A DNA stretch of 48,861 nt, filler included, from Jimgerdemannia flammicorona (GCA_003990765.1; 2 parts of 2 records of this genome joined end to end with filler, not necessarily neighbours in it), one strand, 5' to 3'; shown: positions 26,736 to 39,567, counted from the whole stretch's first letter. The notes: generated from the sequence alone by a model not told the origin. Numbers and translations: made by a program.

Positions 26736-26861
26736 TAGCTAGACCAGGATAATCACACGAGGGAATCGGCGATGTTGGTTAACGATCTGTTCATCCCAAT
26801 AATTCAGAATGTAGCTAGACCAGGAAAAACACGAGGGAATCGGCGATGTCGGTTAGTGATC
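26736..26861 (+). repeat. Two ~50-bp direct repeats (26736-26787, 26812-26861)
   Basis: tagctagaccagga...acacgagggaatcggcgatgt(t/c)ggtta..gatc occurs twice. Confidence 0.85.
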
Positions 26862-27689
26862 AGGCCACGTGTCCGAATTGCTGCCTGCTCCAGATGGTTG
26901 CTTCGAAGATACAAGCGCATGTTTGATATTATAATAATAGTTGCCATGAGTCAAACACGTTTGCAAAGGGCATGGAGAAACCGACACAAAGATGACCTGA
27001 TGACACCTCTCCCTCGGAATTAATAGTGCGCGTGCGAAAAAGGTGATAAATCACGAGTGTAAGTGCTCTTAAACGATACCCCATCCAAGAAAACGGATGA
27101 CCGAATCTTGTGGCGTTATTTTATTCGTTGAGGGTTGTGTGGACGTCTTCGAGGCGAGTTTGCTCGATGGTAAGGTCATGGGAACTAACTTTGCATTCTT
27201 TTACTCACCACCCGTCGTTTTATTCCCGCCCCAAATATTGCACTAGAAATCGCCGGCCACTCGGGCTGACTGGATACGTTCCTGCCGCTAGCGACGAGGG
27301 CAAGGACGAGGACGAGGTTGCGTTTGTGGCACCTGCTGCGCCCGCCGCGTCACCAAATCCGTCTGAATCTGTACGCGTGCAAGGGGTGCGGGGGCAATAG
27401 GAAAGACGTAGCGAGGGAACAGTTAGATAGATAGTGCGTGCCTGGGTTTCTCTACGGTTTTCCGCGTGGGGGTGGAAGGGGTTGAGAATTTTTTTTTGAG
27501 GCTGTGAAATTGGTTCATCTCCCACTCGTGTAGACGTAGTTGTTAACGGGAGAAATGCTGGTATGGGCGAGGGTGCCCCACGCGGTTAGTATATTTTAGA
27601 GTGAGGAATTGTGGTTCTTTTTCATTAACTGAGCACGGGGGCTGACGTGACAGAACAAATGGGGCACAACTTTTCAAAAGGTGCCTTAA

Positions 27690-30600
27690 GGTGATTTTTT
27701 TTATAAAATGAGATATTATTAAATCTGATAAATAGTCAACTTGAAGAATCAGAAAATCCATTTTTTAAGAAAAATGGCATATTTAATAATTAGAAATCAG
27801 CAAAACTTGTCAATCAACGTCAAATAATTAAATCTTCATTTAACCTAATATATAATAAAGCAATAAAAAACCAGTCCTTTTTTTTTTGGACATCCAAATT
27901 GAGAATATGTACAAATCGAAAAAATACAACCATGTGCATACCATATTCCAATGCATGCAGATCAACCTTTCTAACTTCTGGAAGTATTAGATATTTATTT
28001 TCATTGTATCTTGATGAAAAGATATTTAATTTTAATGATCTTAGGCTTGTTAGAAAGCTCTGAATCATGGCTTTCCAGAAAACTTTATGGCTTCAAAATT
28101 GAATATCTTTTCAATAATATATGATAGAAAATGTCAATATAAATTTTGAATTAAGTTCACACTTAATTCAAATAGATAGTAAATTAATATTTAAAACTAA
28201 TAACAATAAAATATTAGAGTGATAGTAAATTAAGTATTTATTTACTTTAATTGAAAATAAAAATAACAAATATTTATTTCAAGATAAGAAGTTATAAAAA
28301 AAAAAAACTAAATAATTATAAATTTTTTTAATTTTTTTTAGATTTGATATAGATGAAAGAGGACAAAGTTTATCACAAGAATCTTTTCTAATATATTCTC
28401 TAATAGAATTATATAAATACTACTGATGTTTTATAGAATACTCTTTAGCTAAAACTTCTTTTAAATCTGTAAGTTATATAGAAAGAATTTCAGTAATAGT
28501 GATATTATTTTTTATAATTCTAATATACTTTTCACTATTACTTTGAGAATGTTCTTTTATAAGAACTTCTCTTATTTTAGCTAAACTAAAATAAAAATAA
28601 TGAAAAGAAAGAAGAGAAGGAAGATTTTTAAAATATTTACTCAAAAATATAGATTATAAATAAAAAAAAAACACATTTCTTATTCTATCTTCTTCAATAG
28701 TAAGTTGAGGAATATTATGATCATTTATAGAAAATAATCTAATCACAGTTGCTAGATCATCAGTTGTATCAATATCAGTAGTTCTAATAATATAAAAATA
28801 ATATATAAATATAATAAATAAATATAATATAAATAATAAATATAAATAAATTAAAACTTACTTGAGAGTTTTTTTAAATAAACTAAAAAAGCTATTTGGA
28901 CTAAATTTTGTATGTCCTGCTACTATAAACTTAAGAGTAATATTGATATAAAGATCAATAATAATTCTCCAATATAAATATTGAATCAATGTATTGTTCT
29001 TATTTTGACTAGTATAATTGTTAGCATGAAGTACTATCTTCTGAGCTCCATAACTTTGTTTTTCAAAATAAAAATGTAGCTATATAAAAATTAATATTAA
29101 TATATATTAGCTTTAAAATTTTAAGTAAAACCTTTTATTTAAACTATATAATTAAATAATAAATATTTGTAATATTATTACATCTGCTCCTTTTCTAATA
29201 AAATATTTTTCTTCATTTAAAAAAATATATTGATATAGAATAGCATCATTATATACTCCAAAGCTTATACTTTTACTAATACTTTGAAATAAATATTACT
29301 CTTAAATATGAAAATAATTTAATAATTAATAAATTATTTAACTAATAATTGAAATTAAAATTAAATATAAAAAAGATTAACTAACCTCTTGTTGTAAAGA
29401 ATACAGAATTTATACTTATTGAGTATAATCAAATAAGAAATATAATTTGATATCTCTAGAATTTGTATCAGTATTAGGTATATTATCATCAAGCTGCTTA
29501 AAAGATTACTTTGTATTATTAATATCTTCTTTATATTGTTCACACTCATCAATTATATATAGATAATAAGTCTGCTATTTTTTTTTCTTATATAATATAT
29601 TCTGATAATGTAAATTTTCCAAATTACCAACTTTTGCAAATCTAGTAAGATTACTTCTTACTATTAAAAACTTAATTTCTCTATAATATCTTTTTCAGAT
29701 AGTATTAAATATTATTTAACTAATATGAAAGTCAGTATTTCTGTTGTTGAATTTTATCAATAATTTTTTTTATTATTGTCTGCAGGTAAGTAGATAATAA
29801 CCTCTTTGTTATATTAAAAATTCTGACCAGATAATAGTAATTCATATTGTTGACTATATTCTAAGATAAAAGTAACTATCTATAAAATTTTAATAAAATA
29901 AGAAAATGAGATAGATGAGATGAAAAATGAACAATAGATGAAAAATAAATAATAGGCAAAAAATAAACAATAGGTAAAAAATAAATGATAGGTAAAAAAC
30001 AAACAATAAATAGAAAATAAATAATAGGTAGAAAACAAATGATGAGTGGAAAATAAATAATAGGTAGAAAATGAATGATGGGTAAAAAATAAATAATGGG
30101 TGGAAAATGAATGATGGATAGAAAACAAATAATGAGTGAAAAATAAATAATAGGTAAAAAATGAATAATGGGTGGAAAATGAACAATGGGTAGAAAATAA
30201 ATAATAAGTAAAAAACAAATGATGAGTGGAAAACAAATAATGAGTAGAAAATAAATAATAGATGAAAAATGAATAATGGGTGAAAAATAAATAATAAGTG
30301 GAAAATAAATAATGGATAAAAAACAAACAATGGGTGAAAAATGAATAATGTGTGAAAAATAAATAATGATAGATAAAAAAATGAATAATAAGTGGAAAAT
30401 AAATAATAGATAGAAAACAAATAATAGGTGGAGAATGAATAATAGGTGGAAAATAATAGATAGAAAATAAACAATGAGTAAAAAATAAATAATAGATAGA
30501 AAATAAATAATAAGTAGAAAATAAATAATAGGTAAAAATAAATAATAGGTGGAAAATAAATAATGAGTAGAAAATGAACAATGGGTGGAAAATTAATAAT

Positions 30601-31594
30601 AGATAGAAAGAATAATGAATGAAAAATGAATAATAGGTGAAAAATAAACAATGGATAAAAAATAAATAATGGTGGATAAAAAAATGAATAATAGATAGAA
30701 AATAAATAATGGATAGAAAACAAATAATAGATAGAGAATAAATAATAAGTAGAAAATGATAAGTAGAAAATAAATGATAGGTGGAAAATAAATAATAGGT
30801 AAAAAATAAATGATAGATGGAAAATGAATGATGGGTGAAAAATAATTAACAAAACAGATAAGATAGATAAGACATTATCTATTTTGTTCCCATTCTTCAA
30901 AAAAATTAAAAAATAACATATTTACCTCAAGAGTTTTCTCAAATATTAGTTATCTGTATCTAATAAGTTCTTTATTTCTATATATTCTTTTTGTAATATC
31001 ATATTCTTTGAAATGTTCTCATACATATATTATATAATCTTTTTTTTTTTTTTTTTTTTTGAAATACTATATATCAATTCATATATATTTTTACATACAG
31101 ATATACTATAAAAGATATAAGTAATATTATCTTATTTTTATTTACCAGTAATGTCAAATTCTTTCAATTGTGAATTTACATCTATAGCTTCTTTTAAAAA
31201 AGTATCTTGAACATCTCTTGACTGAGTAGAGAATTCTTTAAGTCATTTTTCAAAATACTGAAGAGAAAGCTGAGAATATTTTAAACAGTTGTAAGGTTTT
31301 TTGTTACAATATTTCAATTTTTGTAATTTTTAAAGATATATTTCAACTTCTTCTTTCTTCTTTTTCTTCTCTTTTACTTCTTCAATCTGCTTATCTTTAT
31401 TATTATTTTTAGTGATTTGAGTAAGCTTATCTATTATATAAGATATATTATAAAGTAGATGTATTTAGTAAAATCATTGAGGTGATATAATATTTAGTTT
31501 TACATTAGATTTAGTATCAATTTCAGTGATATCAGTATCAATTTCAGTAGTATCAATATTGATTTCAGTAGTATCAGATCAGAACTATCTTTCA
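27690..31594 (-). mobile_element. Degenerate DNA transposon with an intron-containing Sola-like DDD transposase
   Basis: Minus-strand exon ~28861-29079 reads LHANNYTSQNKNNTLIQYLYWR...FIVAGHTKFSPNSFFSLFKK, which is HADNCxGQNKN...GHTKFSPDGFFG after G>A decay. Upstream exons read FGVYND..Q.IFLNE....KGA and TFILEYS...LP. AT-richness begins abruptly right after TTAA (27686-27689), a possible TSD. Subfamily assignment is uncertain. Confidence 0.75.
29920..30850. repeat. AT-rich minisatellite, ~18-bp unit (AAAATRAAYAATRGRTRG), roughly 50 copies, inside a transposase intron
   Basis: Visible periodicity. Bracketed by a minus-strand GT donor (~30924) and TAG acceptor (~29880). It generates the spurious F/Y/I/L-rich ORFs. 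Confidence 0.9.
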
Positions 31595-32855
31595 CTAGTA
31601 ATATTCAGGTGACATAAGACTCAGACAACATTTTCTATAGTATTTTTGGTGAAAGGCAACTAGTAATATAGACAGCAATGAACATACTGGTGAGCATGTC
31701 AGCCAGAGAGGTAGCAGTGCCTTTGACTGGCAGCATGTAGAGAGGAGGAGGGGGGATGGTTTGGGAATACCAGGGCCTTCTATGGCTGGCCATAGCACTG
31801 GTGGAGGAGGAAGAGGTAGATTGAGGCAATGTAAAGTGGAGAAGATGACCTTTGTAGACAAAGTAAAGATGGGGAGAATGGCTTCTGGTCTGGATAGTTG
31901 GCTGGGCCTAGAGAAGGCATCAACAGCTACTGTTGAGAGACAGGGAGGGGTCTCTATAGGAGGATTGGGCAGTAGAGAAGGGGGGAAAGTAGGAGCTGGA
32001 GATATGACTGCTGATGAGGCTGTGACTGGAGATCTAAAAAAAAATCCAGATGTAATAGTGGTTGGTGGTTCAGGATAGAGAGTGGGCATGAGGCCCAGAG
32101 ATCTGGCAGATAGTGTGACAGGTATGGTGTTGGCACTGTTACTTAAGAAATCAAGGTTGGAATTCACTATCACATTGTGTTTTAGGAGCTTAGTAGTGAC
32201 TGCAAGGATGATCTTGGGGCTGGTGGTGTAGGAGACAAAGGGGGTGGCTTTGGTAAAGTTCTTGAAGGGGAAAGAAGGGGTTGAGGTTGGGTTTGAGGAA
32301 GAGAAGGCATTACTGGTAGCTATGGAGAAGAGAGTAATAGTGGGTAGGGTAGTAGTCCCTATAGTCAGGTATATATACTGGAACCCCTGAGTAGTATAGT
32401 TGATGGTGTAGGATCTTCCTATAGTGTTAAGGAAGAGGGCCAGAGAGTTGATTGTGGAAGTGATCAAGGAGTATGGGGAGATTGTGGATATTGGGTTCAA
32501 GGTCTGGGAGAGTATAGAGCTCTAGACTAGTGATATCAACATCTGGATAAGGTTGGCTGGAAAGGAGAATATAGGAAAGACAAGGGACTGGCCAGCAACT
32601 CTGAAGTAGAGACTAGTGGAGTGCAAGATCACACAGATGAAAGGGACTCAGAAAAAGGAGGAGAATTTACTAGAGACTCTTGAGGATCTGGCAGGAGTAG
32701 TTGAGAGGAGAAGATTGACTTGGAAGGAGTATGAAGTTAAGACAGTGGTGGAAATGATAGATGGGAAGAGGATCAGAATGGACTGAGCAATCTGGAAGAA
32801 GATGCAAGGGAGGCAAATCCAGAAGGAGCTGCTAGCAAAGTTGGGTGGTGGTGGA
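31595..32855 (+). mobile_element. 5' part (ORF1 region) of a degenerate L1/Tx1-like LINE, interrupted by LTR element A
   Basis: G/purine-rich strand bias matching 46097-48710. The two parts join across the TSD GTGGA/GTGGG. The 5' boundary is approximate. Confidence 0.6.
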
Positions 32856-34350
32856 TGTAAGTGCACAACCTCTAAGCCACCAAAATTGCATAGCATCCTC
32901 AGAACTAATTTGGAAACCACATGTGAGACTACAAAACAAGAGATCATCTGGTTATATGAAATATGCCAGCAAGCACAAGAACCCACTGCCAAGATACAAG
33001 AATACTAGAAGAAGTACTATAACCATAAGACTGACTCTGAACTGCTATAACTAGTTTGGAGTACTGTATTATTATAAAAGAAAACCAAAAGTACCAAACT
33101 CAAATTGAGACAAGAAGAACTCTATCTCATCTACCAAAAGGTTCATGAACTGCACTTATCAACTCAAGACCAAGATACACTATGACTATACAAGACCTCA
33201 TTACTTAGCAGAAGTAAAATGTATTTGAACAACTCTGTTTGCTCTATCTGTATCACCTTCATTGGAGAGTGATGGACACTTCATCTGAACTCAAGAAAGC
33301 CAACATTATCAAAACCAATCTCAAGCCATCCACATGACAGATATTACTACTAGAAATTACCTCAGATTACAGAAAATATTATTTCCGAGAGGTTCAAACC
33401 CCCAGCTGTGACATTGAGAGCCCTCGCCCTAGACAAGAATGGCCAGTCCTCGCAAATGTACCAGCAGATCAAAAAAAAAGAGAACTAAGACCTGTTATCC
33501 TTGTATAACCACCGCCACCAAGGATAGCCTTAATCTTGCAAGAGATAGAAGTGATGACACCTTTGAAACTGATGATATCAGAAGTCAGAAAACTGCTCAG
33601 ACTTTGCCAGTGATGATGTCATCAATGGTGATGTCATCAAAGACTACCCAGACAGTGCCTAAACCTATAAATAGTCTAGCAGTCATAGTATAGTTAGATT
33701 AGCCTTGTATGATATGACTGTGAACTGACTCAGCAGCCAGACAATCTCTTGATATATCAGATCATACTTATACTACATGACTGCATTCTGACTCAGCAAA
33801 GTACTTAGTACTACATCCATATCTAGCATAGTCCAGATAGCCCCTCACTAGTATAAATACCCCCTCCCCCAGACCTCAGAATCTCAGACTTGAAAGATTT
33901 GAACAATTTGAACTCAACTCCTAAGTACTTTCCCACAATATCCCTTTATACAACTACTCCTAGTATAGCAATATTATGAATAGCGAATAAACCTATTTAA
34001 TAACCCGCAAACTACTCTTAAGTAAATCCGCTCCCCATTAGGTCCCACTCCTAACTCCATCACAAAATTCCCTAATTGGGTATTGTCAGCAGCAATACAC
34101 TGATTCAACTAAGCTGGTCTTAGTTTCTTGAACTTCCTGAAATATAGAAAATCCTGAATATCCAGAACTAGTCCGAAAAAGGACTTTGGTTGAGATGTCA
34201 ACCTGAACTTGAAATCAATAAGCATAGAGGATATACTCCATATGAAATTGATCTTAACCATAAGAAAACAGTTTTCCAGAATATCCAGAACTTTCAGAAA
34301 ACCCTTCCAGAATTATGTAATGGCTATCCTAAAAAAGTAACTCTCTAACA
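32856..34350 (+). repeat. 5' LTR of element A (1495 bp)
   Basis: TGTAAG...CTAACA, colinear with the split 3' LTR. TATAAA at 33852. Confidence 0.93.
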
Positions 34351-34479
34351 ACTTAGTAGCAGCAGTTTACAATCCAAATCTGCTTCAAGATGCTTCCTCA
34401 CCCTGCTACAAACCTCTCTGCGAATTCCTACAAGTTGGTATAGAGCCCAACCTCTGAACTGGAATTTATCCTGAACCAT

Positions 34480-36310
34480 CTGACAATCTGGAGAGAATTG
34501 AACCTGACGTACAAGGACAATTTGACCTCCACACCTGTAATAAGTGAGACAAACTTCATTTAAAAAAAGTAGTACTCTAGTTAAACTAGCAAATAGGTGA
34601 AACTCTATTCACTGAACTCCTTGCACTATACCCAGCAAATCAAGACAAAGAAGGTCTTATTGAAGCCTTCTTTACTCTTCTCAACAAGAGTTTTGTTAGC
34701 TCTACAAATCCAAGCAACCTAGGACAACCAGCAGCAGTCTTTCTAGCTTTAGTACCTCATGAAGCCCAAGTCTCTATAGCCAAGTGGCTCAACTCTACCA
34801 ACTTTCACTGTACCAGGACCAAGACCATGTTATACTATTGATTCCAGAACAGCAAGGCCTGTCATATTCTTAAAGAAGAAGTAAGAGAAACCCTTCATCA
34901 ACTATCTGACTCCAAACCTGAAGCAGGCCCTACTACAGCCCTATCTGAATCTGAAACCAATACTGAACCTAAACTTGACTTTGAATTAAGTCCATCTGAA
35001 ATCAGATATACAACTGATTCCATCTACTTTAACGTTGAGCAAACCCAATTATATAGAGACCAAACCAAAGAAGAGGAGGAGTATCTCAGTAAATTTAATC
35101 CCGGATACACCACTGAAGGAGATGCACTTCTATCAGAACAGAATACACCTATACAGCAACAAACAGCTATCTATCAAGCCCTTACTCCAGATCCATAACT
35201 ACTACTCCAGCAACTTACACAGACCCAAAGAACCCCATCATACTCTGCACTAGTACCTCAAGTAGTACCAGTAACACTACTACCAGCAGTCCAACTGCCT
35301 CCAGTAAATAATATGGCAAACCAACAGATTCTAGACCTCACAGCCCAAGTAGCCATAATGGCAGCAACCATTACTATCTTAGCTGAACAGACCTGACCTA
35401 CTAAAAATCTGAGCCTACCTACCTTCAATAGTACTATACAAGAAGTCCAAAGCTTTATTAGTGTAGTTGACACCAACTTCAAAGCCAATCAATAGACCAA
35501 TGTGCGAGTTTCTGACTACATTCTGACAAACAATCAAGACCACACTCTGGAACAACTCTTTGCTACCACTATAGTCTATGTCCGCCAAGTTGTTACATTC
35601 TTCCGAGGACCTACCAAAGAATGGTGGCAAACCCTTCCTGAAAAACCCCTCACATGGGATACCTGACCTGCAGTAGTTACTCAGAATGCAGCAAACAATG
35701 TCCAGGATACAGAGCTCATCCTGCAGCCCCTGGACTCAAACAACTCATGATTGCTCAATACTGCAGTAAAATCATGATTGCTTAATCTTGAGTAAAACTC
35801 CGCAACCTCAAATTTGATATACATGGCAAAGAAGAATTCGAAACCTTCTATACAAAACTTGAGTCACTTCTGAACACTGTTGGCCTAGGATACATTGTCA
35901 ACGATGAAGCACAAAATGGTACAAGGGCAGACCAATTATTCGATGTACTGTCTGAATGACTTACTAGAAAAATCCAAGAACAAGGCCACTTAGTTGGTTG
36001 TGATCACCAACAATGGTGCCTGGCAAAAATCAAGACTATGGTCAAGTGAATCCTAACAGCTGGACCAATTCTGTCCCGAAGACAATTTAACAACAAGGAA
36101 AAGACTTGGACCAAGAAAGAAGAACCCAAGCATGAAACATCCCGAGCTCCCTCTATATCCACCTCTTGAATACCTAGAAATCATGAACCCACTCAGCCAA
36201 GCACCTTCAAAAAACTCACTGAAGGTGAAAGGAATGAACTTCGAAGAAGTGGAGCATGCTTCTATTGCTGAAAGACAGGATACATGGCCAGTGCCTGCCC
36301 TAACCAAAAA
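34480..36310 (+). pseudogene. gag of element A with N-terminal extension and zinc knuckle
   Basis: LSLPTFNS..EVQSFISVVD, LHSSEDLP/KEWWQ region, and knuckle CFYC*KTGYMASACP (CX2CX4HX4C with H>Y) at 36257-36300. Many stops and some frameshifts. Confidence 0.75.
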
Positions 36311-36376
36311 CCCCAAACAGCAACATGAGCAACTGTTACCACTCTGCACCACCTCAACAACCTGATCACCAGGATA

Positions 36377-36785
36377 CTAGACTTTGTCAAGTTAAGACAA
36401 ACTGCTAAGGCCCCAACCAAAGGAAGTCAAAAAGCAGCTGGATATGACCTGTATACAGCTGAAGAAGCTACAGTTTCCAACTGAGAAGTTAAACAAGTCT
36501 ACACAGGAATCAGCATCCAAATTCCTGAAGGATATATTGGAAGAATATGTTCACAGCAGCCTAGCATTAAAAGAACTCTCAGTAGAAGGAGGAGTTATCG
36601 ATGAAGATTACACAGGCGAAATCATTATCCTCATTTGAAACTACAGTTGGACACCCTTCAAGATCCCTATAGGTTTCTACATAGCTCAGATTCTATTTGA
36701 AAAAATCGAGTCAACTCTGATAGTCAAGGAAGTCCCTGAACTACTGCCCACTATCCGAGGATCCAAAGGATTTGGCTCATCGAAC
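36377..36785 (+). pseudogene. Trimeric dUTPase domain of element A
   Basis: All five motifs in order: AAGYDL, GRI..SSLA, GGVIDEDYTGEI, IAQIL, RGSKGFGSS. One frameshift near 36555 and a few stops. Confidence 0.93.
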
Positions 36786-36999
36786 AAGGCCCCAGCCCAA
36801 CCTACCATGAGCAAAGAAGAACAATTCTACAAGAAGATTGAAGACGGATATATACCAAGTGGCCAATGCCCTCATGGCATTGAAATGTACTCTTTCTGAA
36901 TAATTGATGATTGCTTCTCATGTATCAATGAACTGGCTCAAAGAAGAACCAACAGAAGGAAAGGTCCTATAACTGGAATCACTACCATTGGATCAGACA

Positions 37000-37335
37000 A
37001 ACTACTTACACTTAAAGCTTTTGTCAACCAAGCACCTGTCAAGATTATGATAGATAGTAGTGCCTCAGGCAACTTCATCAATAAAGAAACAGCCAACAGA
37101 CTCAAGGTCTTCACCTCTCCAGTACAGCAAACTCAAGCAGTTGCTACAGCTGATGGAACCTCACATGTTATTAGCAAAGAAGTCTGCAACCTACTCTTCC
37201 GAATTGGTGACTACCGAGTACATGTTACCCTTCAGATCGTACCACTTCCGGATAACAAAATCATCCTTGGAACCCCATGGTTGAAACAAGAGAACCCCAT
37301 GATTAATTGGGTAAACCATTCTCTGACCATCAAGA
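37000..37335 (+). pseudogene. Retropepsin aspartic protease of element A
   Basis: VKIMIDSSASGNFI (DSGA with G>A), V.TADG and IILGTPWLKQENPMINW. Confidence 0.9.
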
Positions 37336-37735
37336 AAGGATGCCACAACTTCAAACTGTAAGGCGAAAAGGATCCACTTAATTCTAGTGACCCTGAACCA
37401 AAGATCACCCACATTAATAAGCTACAACTTAAGAAATTGGCCAAGAAATGCCCTCTCTTACACCATCCATCCATCCAAAGGAGAACCCAAGAACTCTGAA
37501 GAAGATTTTTCCAAAGTTGACAGCCATATCAGACCACTACTTCAGAAAGCCCAAGACATATTTCTGAACTGAACCACAGAACTACCTGTATCTATCATTA
37601 TTAATGACTAAGAAGAATACAAAGTTGAACAAATCCTCAACAAACACAGCCACAAGAACCATCCAAATGATACAACAACACTAGAACAAATTAGAAGGCC
37701 CTGACAAGGATATCAAAAACTAAGAAGAGGAGAGT

Positions 37736-38803
37736 TATAAGCACACAACCTCTAAGCCACCAAAATCACATGGCATCCTCAGAACTAATTTGGAAACTAT
37801 ATGCAAGACTACAAAACAAGAGATCATCTGGTTACATGAAATATGCCAGCAAGCACAAGAACCCACTGCCAAGATACAAGAATACTAGAAGAAGTACTAT
37901 AACTATAAGACTGACTCTGAACTGCTAAACTAGTTTGGTGTACTATACTATTACAAAAGGAAACCAAAAGTACCAAACTCAAATTGAGACAAAAAGAACC
38001 CTATCTCATCTACCAAAAGGTTCACGAACTGTACTTATCAACTCAAGATCAAGATATACTATAACTATACAAGACCTCATTACTTAGCAGAAGCAAAACA
38101 CATTTGAACAACTCTGTTCACTCTATCTGTATCACCTCCATTAGAGAGTAACAGATGCTTCATCTGAACTCAAGAAAGCTGACATTGTCGAAACCAATTT
38201 CAAGCCATCTACTTGATATATTACTACTAGAAATTGCCTTGGATTATAGAAAATATCATTTCTGAGAGGTTCGAACCCCCAGCCATGACATTGGGAGCCC
38301 TCGCCCTAGACAAGAATGGCCAGTCCTCACAAATGTGCCAGCAGACTAAAAAAAAAGAGAACCAAGACTTATTATCTTTATACAAGAGATAAAAGTAATG
38401 ACACCTTTGAAACTGATGATATCAGAAGTCAGAAAACTGCTCAGACTTTGCCAGCGATGATGTCATCAATGGTGATGTCATCGAAGACTACCCAGACAGT
38501 GCCTAAACCTATAAATAGCCTAGCAGTCATAGTATAGTTAGATTAGCTTTGTATGATATGACTGTGAACTGACTCAGTAGCCAGACAATCTCTTGATATG
38601 TCAGATCACACTTATACTATATGACTGCATTTCAACTCAGCAAAGCACTTAGTGCTACATCCATATCTAGTATAGTCCAGATAGCCCCTCACTAGTATAA
38701 ATACCCCCTCTCCCAGACCTCAGAATCTCAGACTTGAAAGACTTGAACAATCTGAACTCAACTCCTGAGCACTTTCTCACAATATCTCTTTATACAACTA
38801 CTC
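37736..38803 (+). repeat. 3' LTR of element A, left part
   Basis: Matches 32856-~33959 with a ~35-bp deletion. Terminal TG mutated to TA. Confidence 0.92.
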
Positions 38804-39567
38804 TATAATAACTCTCACTTCTACCCCTCTCTTATCCTTTGGATAATTAGGGAAGTGGACTATTACTTAGGGACTTGGTACACAATGTGTATCAAGAAGC
38901 CTTCAGTTTGAGGAAGCACTCACTTATAAGTAGTTGTAGTGGCAGTGCCTTATCTTTCAAAGGTCTTTCTCTTGTGCCCTATTTCAAGAGTCTTGTTCTT
39001 TGCTATGCACAGACTGAATTCGCCTTGGAATTCAGATTCAATGGGTTTACTTAAGTCTTTGGGGATTTATATACTGGTCTCAGTTCTGGCAGAAGTTAGC
39101 TAGGCTTCTGGAGTTTAGTCAGAAACACTAGAGTTACTTAGATGTCATTACTAAGACTCAGAGGAATATATATGTATGGGGGGAACTTGATTTTTGTATC
39201 AAAGACTGAACTAAAACTGCTTTATTTTGGATAAAAACTGGGGGGTATTTATACAAGTTGGTCCACGATTTCTGACTAAGTATGAGTGACTAATTTGGTA
39301 ACTATAATGAGGTTTGTGATGGCAACCTTTGTTAGGTGGTTTTTGGTAAAGAATATCTTTATGATTAGGACCTCAATTACTAGGCAATAATCAGCAGCTG
39401 TAGCAACTGTTGCTGTGGCGCCGATTGTTAGGGATAAGCTGGATATCGTTTTCCGTGTCATTTCGTATCATTCGTTATTCATATGCTGCACTCGATTGTA
39501 TGATGATATCATCACCGGGTCACGTGATCATTCGTCTCATCGCATCCCATCTGTTTGTTCTATTACA
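38804..39567 (-). repeat. 3' LTR of element B
   Basis: Colinear with 44937-45700 and the same length. Confidence 0.95.

Noticed and set aside
27220..27400. Ala/Ser-rich GC-rich ORF fragments on both strands
   Set aside because: Could be an orphan exon, but no start codon, partner exons or motif could be established.
29880..30900. 233-aa and 336-aa hydrophobic ORFs
   Set aside because: Translations of the 18-bp minisatellite, not membrane proteins.
31595..32500. 301-aa Ser/Thr/Pro-rich minus-strand ORF
   Set aside because: Antisense shadow of the G-rich LINE ORF1 region.
33569..33592. CTGATGA...GAAA as a hammerhead ribozyme in the LTR
   Set aside because: Stem II cannot form; better explained as a decayed TGACGTCA site.
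38225..38340. tRNA or SINE around GGTTCGAACCC
   Set aside because: A T-arm-like hairpin is possible, but no A box, anticodon arm or acceptor stem could be built.
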